NCBI GenBank assembly: GCA_008690995.1
Contig: VRMN01000003.1
Location: 1,426,001 to 1,490,000, forward strand
Direction: 5' to 3'
Origin: Porphyridium purpureum
Lineage: Eukaryota
DNA length: 64,000 nt
Shown here piece by piece: positions 1 to 9,881 of this stretch (positions are counted from its first letter, which is position 1; every line of letters begins with the position of its first letter). Both the position numbers and the translations under genes were made by a program. Below the pieces are notes generated by a model. It was not told the DNA's origin and searched no databases. It saw only the letters and a list, made by a program, of their open reading frames with translations.

Positions 1-2
1 AC

Positions 3-1577
3 ATTATTCCGCGTCGCAACGTGACGCTTGGCGCGGTGGTCGGTGCTGGGGGCACAGGCATTGTTCACAGGGCAAAATACGGCGGAGAGCAAGTCGCAGT
101 GAAGATTTTGCAACGTACCGTGGACAAGAACACGCGGGGCCAATCACATAGCATGTCGTTCACACAGGGTCTCGACCAGAAGGACGTGATCAAGACGTTA
201 CCACCAGAAGCTCTGCAAGAAATCGTGACGTTTGCGTGGTGCCGTCATCCGCATGTGGCTCACTTTTACGGAGTATGCGTTGGAGACTCTGTGGATGACG
301 AAGAGCCGCTCTGGTTGGTCATGGAGCTGGCACCGAAAGGTACGTTGCATGATTTACTGAACAGTGATCAAAATCGCTTGCTGAACGACTCCTGGCGCCA
401 AAAGGTGTGTTACTTTGTGAGTCTCGGTATGGAATATTTGCATGCGAGTCCTAGGAACATTTTCCACGGCGATCTGAAGCCCGGAAATATTATCATGACC
501 GATGGTGGTCTCCCAAAGGTGATCGATTTCGGTATTTCGAGCTTTTACGATCGGCAGAGCGAAGGGCAGCAGGCACGGCTACGCGGCACGCTCATGTTTA
601 TGGCACCTGAACTGTTTTTAGTCGGTGGAGAACCGCTTGGCAGGGAGGGATACGAAAAAGTTGACGTGTACGCGTTCGGCGTGACTGTGTGGGTTATTTT
701 CCATCATCATTTACTCGGTGGAGCGCGAGAAAAAGGGTCTGGAAGTGCCAGGAGCACTGATCGATCCTCATCAACTATGGGCAACACAGCGGATATACAA
801 ATTGAGAACGCCCGAGCAGATCCAGTTGGAACCTTGACCAAGGCGACTTTAGAATATACGCATAATCGCACAGCTACTGGGGGCCAAGTTTCGGCCCAGG
901 CTTTAAGCTTGAGGTTTCAGGATATGCTCCGACAGGGGCCGACCGGTAGTCCCAACTCGTGGTTTCATGACAAATCTCGAGCACAGGAAGGACAGAAGCT
1001 GTTGTCAAAGTTGGGTCTGGACAGTCCAAATGTCGTTTCAGACACCACTGCCGCGCAGTCGTCCCACGATGCGGCACCTCGGATGGCAAGTGTGGATGCA
1101 ATTCGTTCAAGTGTCGACTCCGACGACGATCCCGATTTCAGAGGCACGAGCCAAAAAGGGAGTGGCGTTCGCATGCAAAAAAGTGAGGTACCGTTAAGTA
1201 TTGTGAATGACTTTGAATTGGTCTTGTCCATGAATGCGTCGCAGGAAAATGTGATGGGCCCCTCGCTACTTGATTTACTGCGCGAGCCGCGCGAAACACC
1301 GCAAGACTCTCTGACTTTGCTGATCTTGGAAACAGAAAAGGTACGTAGCGCGTTTCTGGAAGAAGCGGCGGAGCTCTTGGTCCGCAATCCGAGAAGGGAT
1401 GTGGCGGAGCTGGTAGCGCGCGTCGCAGCCTTTCGAGGCCGGTACGGCTTTACCATGATGTGCCATAATAATGTACCTGAAATTATTCAGACCGTAATCC
1501 GCGCATGCACGCAACATGACCCTCGCATGCGCCCTTTGTTTTGGGAGTGCAGCAAGATGTTGTACGACTTTTTCTAG
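3..1577 (+). CDS. Tyrosine-kinase-like (TKL) Ser/Thr protein kinase, 5' end outside the window
   Basis: Frame is open from the window start. Motifs GAGGTGIV, VAVK, HGDLKPGN, DFG, GTLMFMAPE, DVYAFG and the C-terminal DPRMRP are present, with a long insertion between subdomains IX and X. Confidence 0.9.
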   Translation: MIPRRNVTLGAVVGAGGTGIVHRAKYGGEQVAVKILQRTVDKNTRGQSHSMSFTQGLDQKDVIKTLPPEALQEIVTFAWCRHPHVAHFYGVCVGDSVDDEEPLWLVMELAPKGTLHDLLNSDQNRLLNDSWRQKVCYFVSLGMEYLHASPRNIFHGDLKPGNIIMTDGGLPKVIDFGISSFYDRQSEGQQARLRGTLMFMAPELFLVGGEPLGREGYEKVDVYAFGVTVWVIFHHHLLGGAREKGSGSARSTDRSSSTMGNTADIQIENARADPVGTLTKATLEYTHNRTATGGQVSAQALSLRFQDMLRQGPTGSPNSWFHDKSRAQEGQKLLSKLGLDSPNVVSDTTAAQSSHDAAPRMASVDAIRSSVDSDDDPDFRGTSQKGSGVRMQKSEVPLSIVNDFELVLSMNASQENVMGPSLLDLLREPRETPQDSLTLLILETEKVRSAFLEEAAELLVRNPRRDVAELVARVAAFRGRYGFTMMCHNNVPEIIQTVIRACTQHDPRMRPLFWECSKMLYDFF

Positions 1578-1662
1578 TTTTTGAACTGGTGGCAACTTGT
1601 ATTGTACATAAAGTGACTCGTTTATCGTTCTGCATGTGTCTGAGCGGATCGTGCAGCAGAAT

Positions 1663-2718
1663 TCAGGCTGTGAGCCTGTGATCTTCTACTTGGAAGTCAG
1701 CTGTCGCGGTCCGGTTCCTCCGATCGACTAGGAACGTTCTGCTAACGTCTCGGTCAGACCGCTCCTGTTCAGATTCGAATTGCTCATGCAAACTCTTCGA
1801 TAAGTCTCGAACTTGGACGTATACATCGTGCGCGCCGTCCACGCTGTACACCGCGACGATGGACGCCTTTTTGTGTGAGCTCAGTCCGAGCGCTCTGGCG
1901 AGCTTGCGACGATTCAGGGCAAAGACGACCGTGGCCTTGTTGGTCGGCTGACGAGAGAGCTCTGTGAGCCTACTCAGTGTCGCACCCATCCCTTTACAAT
2001 TCTCCGCATTGTCCGTCGCGCCGGAAGGTTCCACGTCAGGAACGATGATCACCAGTATCGCGCGGTTCGCCTCGACTGCTGCCTGTGCCTGCCGGAGACC
2101 ATGCACAAATCGTCGTCGTAGCTTGTAGTTGGGCTCGGACGGATCCAATCTGGCCTGGAATGTCGCCAACTTGGACAACAGAGCAGCCACCAGCTGGTCC
2201 ATCTCGGAGGTCAGAATCTGGTCACAGTACGACTGAATCCTGTGTTCTCCGTGTAGCTGCACGGGCGGCAGAGCGCGCTGCCGTGCCGCCCTTTGAGCTA
2301 CAGTCTCTTCAGCGCTGCAGCTTCTATCAGCAGTTGCACCGGCATTTTCTTCACCCGCTCGTTGGCGCTCACGCTCTTCCAAGACAGCACGCTTCACCGC
2401 GCTCGGGCGTTTCGGCTTTGGCTGCAGGCGTTGTTTGCCTCTCTTGGGGCGCGCCTGCGCGCGCGCCATCGGCGGCTGCCCGGAAGGGTGTGAGCGAACG
2501 CCGACATTTGACCCGTTCTCCAATACGGCCCCGAGCCCTCGTGCGCGGTCGTGCTGTCTTTGCGAGAGTTGAACGAGCTGGACGAAATCGACCTGGAAGC
2601 CCTCCGTCTGTGGTGCAGCTAGTCGGTCTACTTGGCGAGAAGACGGCGTATCGGGACGGCGTTCTCCGCTGGGCTGTGTAGCCTTTGGTCTGCGCTCTCG
2701 CGGCCGCCCTCGGTCCAT
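1663..2718 (-). CDS. SECISBP2: SECIS-binding protein 2-like (SID motif plus L7Ae RNA-binding domain)
   Basis: KPKRPSAVKRAVLEERERQR resembles the SBP2 lysine-rich SID motif. YCDQIL...LLSKLATFQARL...RRRFVHGLRQ...VFALNRRKLARAL...IVAVYSVDGA matches the SBP2-type L7Ae domain. Start uncertain (ATG 2718 or 2469). Confidence 0.85.
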   Translation of the reverse strand: MDRGRPRERRPKATQPSGERRPDTPSSRQVDRLAAPQTEGFQVDFVQLVQLSQRQHDRARGLGAVLENGSNVGVRSHPSGQPPMARAQARPKRGKQRLQPKPKRPSAVKRAVLEERERQRAGEENAGATADRSCSAEETVAQRAARQRALPPVQLHGEHRIQSYCDQILTSEMDQLVAALLSKLATFQARLDPSEPNYKLRRRFVHGLRQAQAAVEANRAILVIIVPDVEPSGATDNAENCKGMGATLSRLTELSRQPTNKATVVFALNRRKLARALGLSSHKKASIVAVYSVDGAHDVYVQVRDLSKSLHEQFESEQERSDRDVSRTFLVDRRNRTATADFQVEDHRLTA

Positions 2719-2742
2719 TCTGGTTACGTGTACCCTCTGAGC

Positions 2743-3288
2743 ATGCAGCGTGCGGCCCCAAGGATGAAACGCTGGCGCGCACTTGAAGTGGTCGAGTTTG
2801 TCGTGCTTGCATGCTTTGTGCTGCTTGAAGCCGGACTGCACGCAGCAGGATGGGGCTCGACGTGGACGTGCGGAGGGACAGTGAGCGACGCGAGGGGAAG
2901 CTTCGCGGAAGGAGGCGTCGCAGAGTCGGTGCACTTCATCAAGCGCTCGCTTGGATTTCTTCTTGTCATGGGCGTGGTTCCCATGTTCACTGCGCTGTGT
3001 GTTAACCTGCAGACCATTGAGTACGCGTCCATGACGTTCGCGTTTGCGCGACTGGCAATTCTATTTGTTTTCAGAAATGTACCAGACTTTGCTTTCGCAC
3101 TGGACGCGGTCTGTGTCCCGCTCGCGTGGCTCATCAACGCCGCGCTGCTTCTCGAGCGCTACATTGCGTTGCGAGTCATTGAGCACAAAGTGGCCGCCCC
3201 GCAACAGCGGAACGTGGCATCTTCCTCCAGGCAGAGCTATAATGGACGGGTTCCAAGATCGCCCGGCGCCGCTCACTCAGAAGGATAA
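2743..3288 (+). CDS. Hypothetical multi-pass membrane protein
   Basis: ORF 2632..3288 with first ATG at 2743 and about four hydrophobic segments; no family recognised. Confidence 0.6.
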   Translation: MQRAAPRMKRWRALEVVEFVVLACFVLLEAGLHAAGWGSTWTCGGTVSDARGSFAEGGVAESVHFIKRSLGFLLVMGVVPMFTALCVNLQTIEYASMTFAFARLAILFVFRNVPDFAFALDAVCVPLAWLINAALLLERYIALRVIEHKVAAPQQRNVASSSRQSYNGRVPRSPGAAHSEG

Positions 3289-3470
3289 GCGCGACCAGCC
3301 CTTCTGAGTGCTCTCCCCCACCACGGCCCTCAAAGCTTTCGAGAGTGCAATTATAAATGTCGGCGCGCTTCACCTATGTTAGCAGGGGAAGTTCCGGTTT
3401 TGGTTCGTACGATCGTTGGATCGCGCTTCGTTCCCGCTGTGGGGGGAAAGATTGTGGGAAAGACGTGTGT

Positions 3471-3498
3471 GCGGCTCGCGGCTCGCGGCTCGCGGCAC
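3471..3498 (+). repeat. Tandem 7-bp repeat (GCGGCTC)x3 + GCGGCAC in the RPB11 leader
   Basis: Read directly from the sequence. Confidence 0.85.
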
Positions 3499-3519
3499 GG
3501 GCGGTGAGCGGGTTCAACG

Positions 3520-3900
3520 ATGGCGAACGCTCCAGAGCGCTTTGACGCGGTCTTTCTACCGGACGGGGTAAGCAAGATCAGTTATGAGCACCCCATGAAC
3601 GACCCCAGCACGGCGGTGTTCAGGATTGAGCGGGAGGACCATACCATTGGAAACCTGCTCCGCATGCAGCTTCTCCGTGATAAGAATGTTATCTTTGCTG
3701 GGTATCGCCAGCCGCACCCGCTGCAACACCACATTGAACTGCGCGTGAAAGTCAAGCAGCCATCGAGCTTGTCGGAGGAAAGCCCTGTCACAGCATTGAT
3801 TGAGGCCATTACTGACTTGGACCAGGAGCTCAACCTTTTACAAGATCGCTTCCAGTTTGCGGTCGGGAGGGCCCAGGCCGCGCAATCGGAAACGGGCTGA
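3520..3900 (+). CDS. RPB11: RNA polymerase II subunit RPB11
   Basis: MANAPERF...EDHTIGNLLRMQLL...FAGYRQPHPL signature. Confidence 0.97.
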   Translation: MANAPERFDAVFLPDGVSKISYEHPMNDPSTAVFRIEREDHTIGNLLRMQLLRDKNVIFAGYRQPHPLQHHIELRVKVKQPSSLSEESPVTALIEAITDLDQELNLLQDRFQFAVGRAQAAQSETG

Positions 3901-4026
3901 TTGGCTATTGACAATTGGTCACTTGCGGATACGCATCGTGAGGAAAATCCGTACGAAAGACAGTTGGAGCAGGCGTGTCGTTCAAAAAGAAAAAAGGTGG
4001 GCTTACTTCATTCTCATGTGCACTCT

Positions 4027-7000
4027 CTAATGCTGGTAGGCATTACGGCTATTCTTCCGCTCAAAAAGAGCTACCGCGTCCATAATTTTTCGCGCCACGA
4101 CATGTTGCATTTGCTGTTCGGCTAGCGCGGCAATACGCCGCAACAGACTCACAGGCGGAACCATTTTTCTGTCTTTCATCTGCTTCAACGTTTCCACTGC
4201 GCCAAACAAATATCCTAGCTTGCACTGCGCGCGGATCATGGCAGTGTAGACTGAGTCATCCGGCTCCACGCCATACTCGCTGGTCATGTCGTCCGCTAGA
4301 TGTTTTACCCGATCAAACTGACCACATCGCGCGCATCCTTGAATCATCGTGACAAAAGTAAAACACGTCGGCTGTACACCCGCCCTGCGCATGGCTTCAA
4401 GCACATCGAATGCGCCCTCGACCTCGCTGGTCATGAAACACGCCTTCATGAGTGCAGTATACGTCACGACATCCGGTTCAATCCCCTTTGCTTGCATCGA
4501 AGCCAACACCGCCAGGCCATGGTGGCTGTCGCCGGCTACTGCGCAGCACTGCATCAACGCGTTATACGCAACAATGTCTGGGTCCAGTCCGGAACTTTCC
4601 ATTTCTCGGAAAAGCAAAAACACACGAACCAAATTGCTGTTTGCCACGTCTGTGTTGTCGAGTGAAGCATCTTGCCCACCTTGGGGGGTATCCTCTGGAG
4701 CAGCGCATTCCATGCCCGCCAAACTCGCGCCTCGGTCAAGGTCCAACTCCCTTCCCTGCCCAGCGCTAGATTTGGAGAGCGAGAAGCGCGCTTGATCAAA
4801 TTTGGCTGAGTTTGTCGTGGCTGCCTGCAGCAGTCTGGAATACGCCTCAGCGCTCGGCTGCACACCCTCGAGTCGCATGTCATCGAAGACGCATAAAGCC
4901 GCTTCAATGTCGTTAGCAGAACTACATGCCTCCAGCAGCGACTCATACGCAGTATTCAGAGGAAGGCCTGCGCGCTTCATCTCTGTGAAGACAAGGAATG
5001 CAGTGACCAATTCACCACTCATTCCGCACACCGCGAGCAAGGTGCGAAACGATTCTTCACGAGGAACAAAACCGCGCGAGCGCATTTCACGAAAGACATC
5101 CATTGCCTGCTCAAAAGACCGTCCCTTTCCGGCGCTACTGAGCAGCGTCTCGAGCGTGATGTGATCTGGCTCCACACCGATTGACTTCATGCATTCAAAT
5201 ACGGCAAAAGCGCGCTCCATCTCATTTCCCTTGCCGAATACATGCACGAGCTGATAATACAAAGACGGATCACGGGGCATTCTTCCCCCTAACTCTGTAG
5301 TGGCCTCAAGAAACATCTCGTACGCCTCGTCTAAATCGGTGGCACGCGAGGACGCCTGCAGTAAAGCGGTGTATGTAACCTCGCTCGGCTCAATACCGGC
5401 CCCGCGCATGGAGGAGAACAGGCTCAGCGCAAGCTCAAAATCCCCAGCCTTACCCACAGCGTCAATCATGCACGTATACGTATGTGCATTAGGCAGGACG
5501 CCGTCTTCACACATGATTTCAAACATCTCAAACATCTTTTCAAGCTTGTTCGCTTTGCCACAAGCGTCGATCAACGATGTATAAGTCTGCACATTCGGTG
5601 CGCTGCGCGCCAAAGATTCTACGCTCTGCGCCTTCCATCGGTCTAACAGCCCAAACGCCGCGTTGAGCATCCCCTTGCGCGCTAGCGCTGAAATCATGGT
5701 CGAATAAACAATCTCATTCGCCACCAAACCTTTCTGTTCAATGGTATTAAAGTACAATAATGCCATGTCGATGTTGCCCAGACGGCCAAAAATGTCCGTA
5801 AGCGTGGAATATGTGATAAGATTGGGCTCGATTCCATGAACAGCCATCAAATCCAGCACCTGCGTCACATGATTCTCTACCAGTACGGTCCGCGAGCATT
5901 CTCCAGAAGCAGTCGCTTGGGGTACATTCTCCTTCTTGCCCGTCTGACGCTCCCGATCTCGCGCGAGTCGTTTCAAACTCTTTCGATTCATAAGCTGTGA
6001 AATGGTTCGACTGTAGGCGTCATACGATGGCCGCTGCATCTGTTTCATCGCGTCGCGAGCTGCTTCGTTCTTTTTGCCGACAAATCGTTCGTGAGCAAAC
6101 GTCGACAAGATCGTATTAAATGTACGGACGTTTGGCGAGATTCGGAAATTTCGCATCAAGCCCAGCGCAATGATGGCAAAATCTAGGTCACCGCTGCGCG
6201 CAAATGCCGAAATCAGTGAGTTCATGAGAATGACATCTGGCTCCAGACGCTGGTCCAGCGCCATTTCGCGGAAAAGTTGCCACGCAAGCCGCGAGGCCAC
6301 AGAAAGTGGTTCCTCCTCGATCTGGCTCAAAAAATGGAGGTCATCATCTCTTGCGCAAAGATGCTCAGAGCTCCGTGTCGAAAAGTCGAGTCTCCGAGAC
6401 GGGCTACCCGAAGCACTCCGTGAAGCGTTGCCGGGAGATGTAGATGATTGCTGCCCAGACGCGGACGTGCTGATTCGAACGCGACCACGCCGGCCTATAC
6501 CAGCGAGCATTGTTGAGTATGTGACCACTGTGGGTGCCACGCCGTGTATCTTCATGAGCTCATAAACGACTATAGCAAGGTCAACCCTTCCGCTGGACGA
6601 CAACATATTAACGAGCTTGTTGCAAGTAATAACGTGTACACCCGAGGGCGACACCTGAATCAGTCGCTCAAATGACCGCATTGCCGCTTCGATATGCCCA
6701 CACTCCACGGCTCGCCGCAGCGCGACGCGTAACGGCTCCACGTCGACCTTGGCGTTCGAATCCGCCTGCGTCGTAGCGACTGCGGCTCCGTCCTCTCCGC
6801 TCACCGGCACTTGACTCCACCGCACATGCCCGGGCTGCGTATCCCATAACGTCAGATGCCGCGTGGAGCTGCTGCTGTGCACACGCCCATAGCGATACCC
6901 GTGGGGTCGCCGCCGTCTACCGACAGCTTGCTCGCAACGTGTTTGACCGGCGCCTAGTCTGCATCGCGACGCGTCTTCGACCTTCTGCCATTTTCTCGAA

Positions 7001-7047
7001 ACAGATACCAGGATGTCCGGAGCCCCGACAAAGCCCAAGCCCAACAT
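4027..7047 (-). CDS. P-class pentatricopeptide repeat protein, probably organelle-targeted
   Basis: Many 35-aa repeats (PNVQTYTSLIDACGK, PNAHTYTCMIDAVGK, PDIVAYNALMQCCA, PDVVTYTALMKAC); N-terminus MLGLGFVG. Confidence 0.95.
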   Translation of the reverse strand: MLGLGFVGAPDILVSVSRKWQKVEDASRCRLGAGQTRCEQAVGRRRRPHGYRYGRVHSSSSTRHLTLWDTQPGHVRWSQVPVSGEDGAAVATTQADSNAKVDVEPLRVALRRAVECGHIEAAMRSFERLIQVSPSGVHVITCNKLVNMLSSSGRVDLAIVVYELMKIHGVAPTVVTYSTMLAGIGRRGRVRISTSASGQQSSTSPGNASRSASGSPSRRLDFSTRSSEHLCARDDDLHFLSQIEEEPLSVASRLAWQLFREMALDQRLEPDVILMNSLISAFARSGDLDFAIIALGLMRNFRISPNVRTFNTILSTFAHERFVGKKNEAARDAMKQMQRPSYDAYSRTISQLMNRKSLKRLARDRERQTGKKENVPQATASGECSRTVLVENHVTQVLDLMAVHGIEPNLITYSTLTDIFGRLGNIDMALLYFNTIEQKGLVANEIVYSTMISALARKGMLNAAFGLLDRWKAQSVESLARSAPNVQTYTSLIDACGKANKLEKMFEMFEIMCEDGVLPNAHTYTCMIDAVGKAGDFELALSLFSSMRGAGIEPSEVTYTALLQASSRATDLDEAYEMFLEATTELGGRMPRDPSLYYQLVHVFGKGNEMERAFAVFECMKSIGVEPDHITLETLLSSAGKGRSFEQAMDVFREMRSRGFVPREESFRTLLAVCGMSGELVTAFLVFTEMKRAGLPLNTAYESLLEACSSANDIEAALCVFDDMRLEGVQPSAEAYSRLLQAATTNSAKFDQARFSLSKSSAGQGRELDLDRGASLAGMECAAPEDTPQGGQDASLDNTDVANSNLVRVFLLFREMESSGLDPDIVAYNALMQCCAVAGDSHHGLAVLASMQAKGIEPDVVTYTALMKACFMTSEVEGAFDVLEAMRRAGVQPTCFTFVTMIQGCARCGQFDRVKHLADDMTSEYGVEPDDSVYTAMIRAQCKLGYLFGAVETLKQMKDRKMVPPVSLLRRIAALAEQQMQHVVARKIMDAVALFERKNSRNAYQH

Positions 7048-8791
7048 TGTTCTGGCTGAGGCAGAGCTGTTCCTATCAATGTTCGCGTGCCGCGTCGAGC
7101 TCTTCGCCCTGCCTGCTCCATTGCGGGTGCGGCTGTGTCATGGCTCCTCTGACCAGCCGGTGGGTTCATGTGTCGGAGTACACTCGGTACAGTGGGTACA
7201 CTTAAATACAATAAGGTACAGTCCATTTTGGGGCGTCGCGGGATCAACGTACTATCATAAGAAAGTCACCTTATTTTACTAGGCTCACAAAACTGCCAAG
7301 ACAGCGTGTATTTTGTCAGAAAAACGGGAAGAAGGGGGCACGGCGCCGTTGGTGTTTAGTAAACGGTTATCGGTTATTGGTTATCGGTTCAAGTGGAGCA
7401 GGCGGTCTTGCGACAGGTCCAAGTCCGAAGGCGCCGGCTGTATGCAGACGCGATCGAAGAACGCTGCGGCTCGCACGGGCGATCCCAGCGGGGAAAAGGC
7501 TTTCTTCTGATATCCCGCAGGTAGCGACCGCAGAATATGAAGAAGAGCAAGGACTGCTAGTTTGTGTACGGAAAGCCGAGGATGCAACTGTGACAACGAG
7601 CCTTCCACAGTAGCGATTATTGAGCATTGGCGTTTTCGCCGCAGACGCTGTGTATGCCGAAAATCCATGAGCCGCAAGCAGCGAAGTAATTTTCTTGCAG
7701 TCATCCGCAAAGTACCGCCCTTCGATTTGCTTTGTACTGGGGCTCAATAGATTGCAGGTCATGTCTTCGCCACATTGGTCGATTTGGATGCTCTCGGCGG
7801 CAAATGCGTTGGAATCACTCCCAACAGATAGGCGATACAGGGCAAGCGCTCATTGCACAACATAATGCTGGATTCTGGAAGGGTCCGGGCATGATAATGC
7901 AAGGTCGCGAATCTGATTTCGGCGATCGATAGTTTGGTTGCCGGCATCTCGCGAAGAGCGTTTGGGAGCTTGGCGCAGTCAAACGCGCGCGTGGACGGAG
8001 AATTGTGCACCGAGAAAACCATGTCGAAAGAGAAAGAGATCGTTGCCATTGACATAGGAGCAATAGGCGGCAGGTTCGGTGATTCATACCGGGCTGTTCG
8101 GGCGCGCGTTTCGGCTGTCTCGCTGATGGGCAGTATGTGGCCTAGAAAATATCTTCCACAAATGCTGATATTGGGAAACATGTCGAGGAGCGCATACCAA
8201 GACAACAAAGTGAACGAAAAAAAAAGCGAAAAAAACTCTCGATACCACGGCGATGAATTGTGTATATGGACGCAATTGGATTAAATACTTCCAAGAGTTC
8301 AGCCCGCGCCGCGACAATCAGAGCAGCCTAAGGAATGCCCATTTGAACCTGATAAGAGGATGGGCTCGCTGAGGTGAGTTGCAGTATATACTCGACATGA
8401 TAGAAGAGCGATCATTACGACCGCTGAGCCAACTTTCGACGACCCGAGTTCTGGCACGCAGCGCATAGTCGCTGGTGTGATGGCACCAGAGCACGTGGCA
8501 CCGCTCCCATAAACCGGTACCAAGAGTGTGCACATGTGACCAGCTTCGATTGGCAGCTTGTATCTTGTCCCTAGGATGCTTGTTTGGAAGATGCTCCTCA
8601 TCTGCACTAAAACCCGATTTCATTATTATCGTGTCGACAAGTGGACGACGGAAAAAATGGCAGTCGAAACGCACAGCAGAGAAGGCACATTTACTATCAA
8701 TTCGTGTGAACTCGGCCATTCGGTCTGAACAAGGAAATTTCGGTCGTCCCGACTGACACTTGCGCGACTGTGTGGCGCGGAGCTAGGCGTC

Positions 8792-9859
8792 ATGCGAGCC
8801 TTTGTTGGCGGCTTGCGCGTGAAGGATGGCGCAGCACAACGCGCAAGATCCCAGCCCGTATGTCGTCGTGGGAATGTGACGATGCGCACGGCTGCGTCGT
8901 ATCGATTACGCGCGTTCGACTTCTCGATCCAACTGGAGAAGCCTTTGGGAGAGGGCAGCTATGGAACAGTGTGTCCAGGTGTCAAGGCAGTGGTGCCCGA
9001 TGCCGGTATGCGGGTCGTAGCAAAATACGCCAAGGCAGACGCACAGAGCCGAGAGTATTTGCAGGTGGAACGCGACGTAAATATCTTTCTTCATTCAAAC
9101 ACGCTCAAATTCCCAACCGCCGCAGCACAGGCCGGCTTCTTTCCCGCTTATCTCGGCAGCTTTTATCTCCAGCGCGTGCAAGGAGAGGTGCTGATATGGG
9201 CGCAATGCGGAGAACATACGCTCGACTACTATGTGGAAAGTTGTGACTGGCAGCAACTCGCAGATGCGCTCGGCTTTCCAAGTCAATATGTGCAGCAAGC
9301 TTGCAAGCCCGATCTCAAGGTGGCGATCACGACACGCCTACTGGAGCGTATCCTGCGCATATGTGACTATTTGCACGAGTTACATCTTGTGCACAGGGAC
9401 ATCAAGCCTCAAAACCTCCTCATGGACCAGGAGTTGAGTGCAGTACGTCTCATCGATTTTGGATCTTGTGCACTGCTTCGCACGCGATTCGGCAATACTT
9501 TGGGTTACGACTCGAATCGGAGCCCCGTAGATCCGCGATACGCCGCCCCGGAACGCTTCCTGGACCCCAGCGCGCCTACTGCATTTGACCTGTACAGTGC
9601 AGCACTGGTGGCGCTGCAGGTTCTGCTCCCAGATGAGCTCGCGGTACGGAGTGACCCAGCTGAGCTTCAACTGCAGCTCGGCCGCAACTTGTACTTTGCG
9701 CGGGAGTGCATGGCGGCGCTACGCGATACTGGGCAATTGACCAGGCATGGCGAGCTGGAACGAATTTTGGAGACCGTCGAGCGCCTGTGCGTCCGCGACC
9801 CGCGCGGGCGCGGATCTGCCGCGCTCGCTCTGCGGACTTTGAAGCCAGCGGTCCTGTAG
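8792..9859 (+). CDS. Plastid STN7/STN8 (Stt7)-like protein kinase
   Basis: MRAFVGG transit-like start. LGEGSYGTV, HRDIKPQN and LIDFGS...DPRYAAPE are typical of the STN7/STN8 clade. Confidence 0.8.
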   Translation: MRAFVGGLRVKDGAAQRARSQPVCRRGNVTMRTAASYRLRAFDFSIQLEKPLGEGSYGTVCPGVKAVVPDAGMRVVAKYAKADAQSREYLQVERDVNIFLHSNTLKFPTAAAQAGFFPAYLGSFYLQRVQGEVLIWAQCGEHTLDYYVESCDWQQLADALGFPSQYVQQACKPDLKVAITTRLLERILRICDYLHELHLVHRDIKPQNLLMDQELSAVRLIDFGSCALLRTRFGNTLGYDSNRSPVDPRYAAPERFLDPSAPTAFDLYSAALVALQVLLPDELAVRSDPAELQLQLGRNLYFARECMAALRDTGQLTRHGELERILETVERLCVRDPRGRGSAALALRTLKPAVL

Positions 9860-9881
9860 AAAAGCCCGAAGAGATCGAGAT

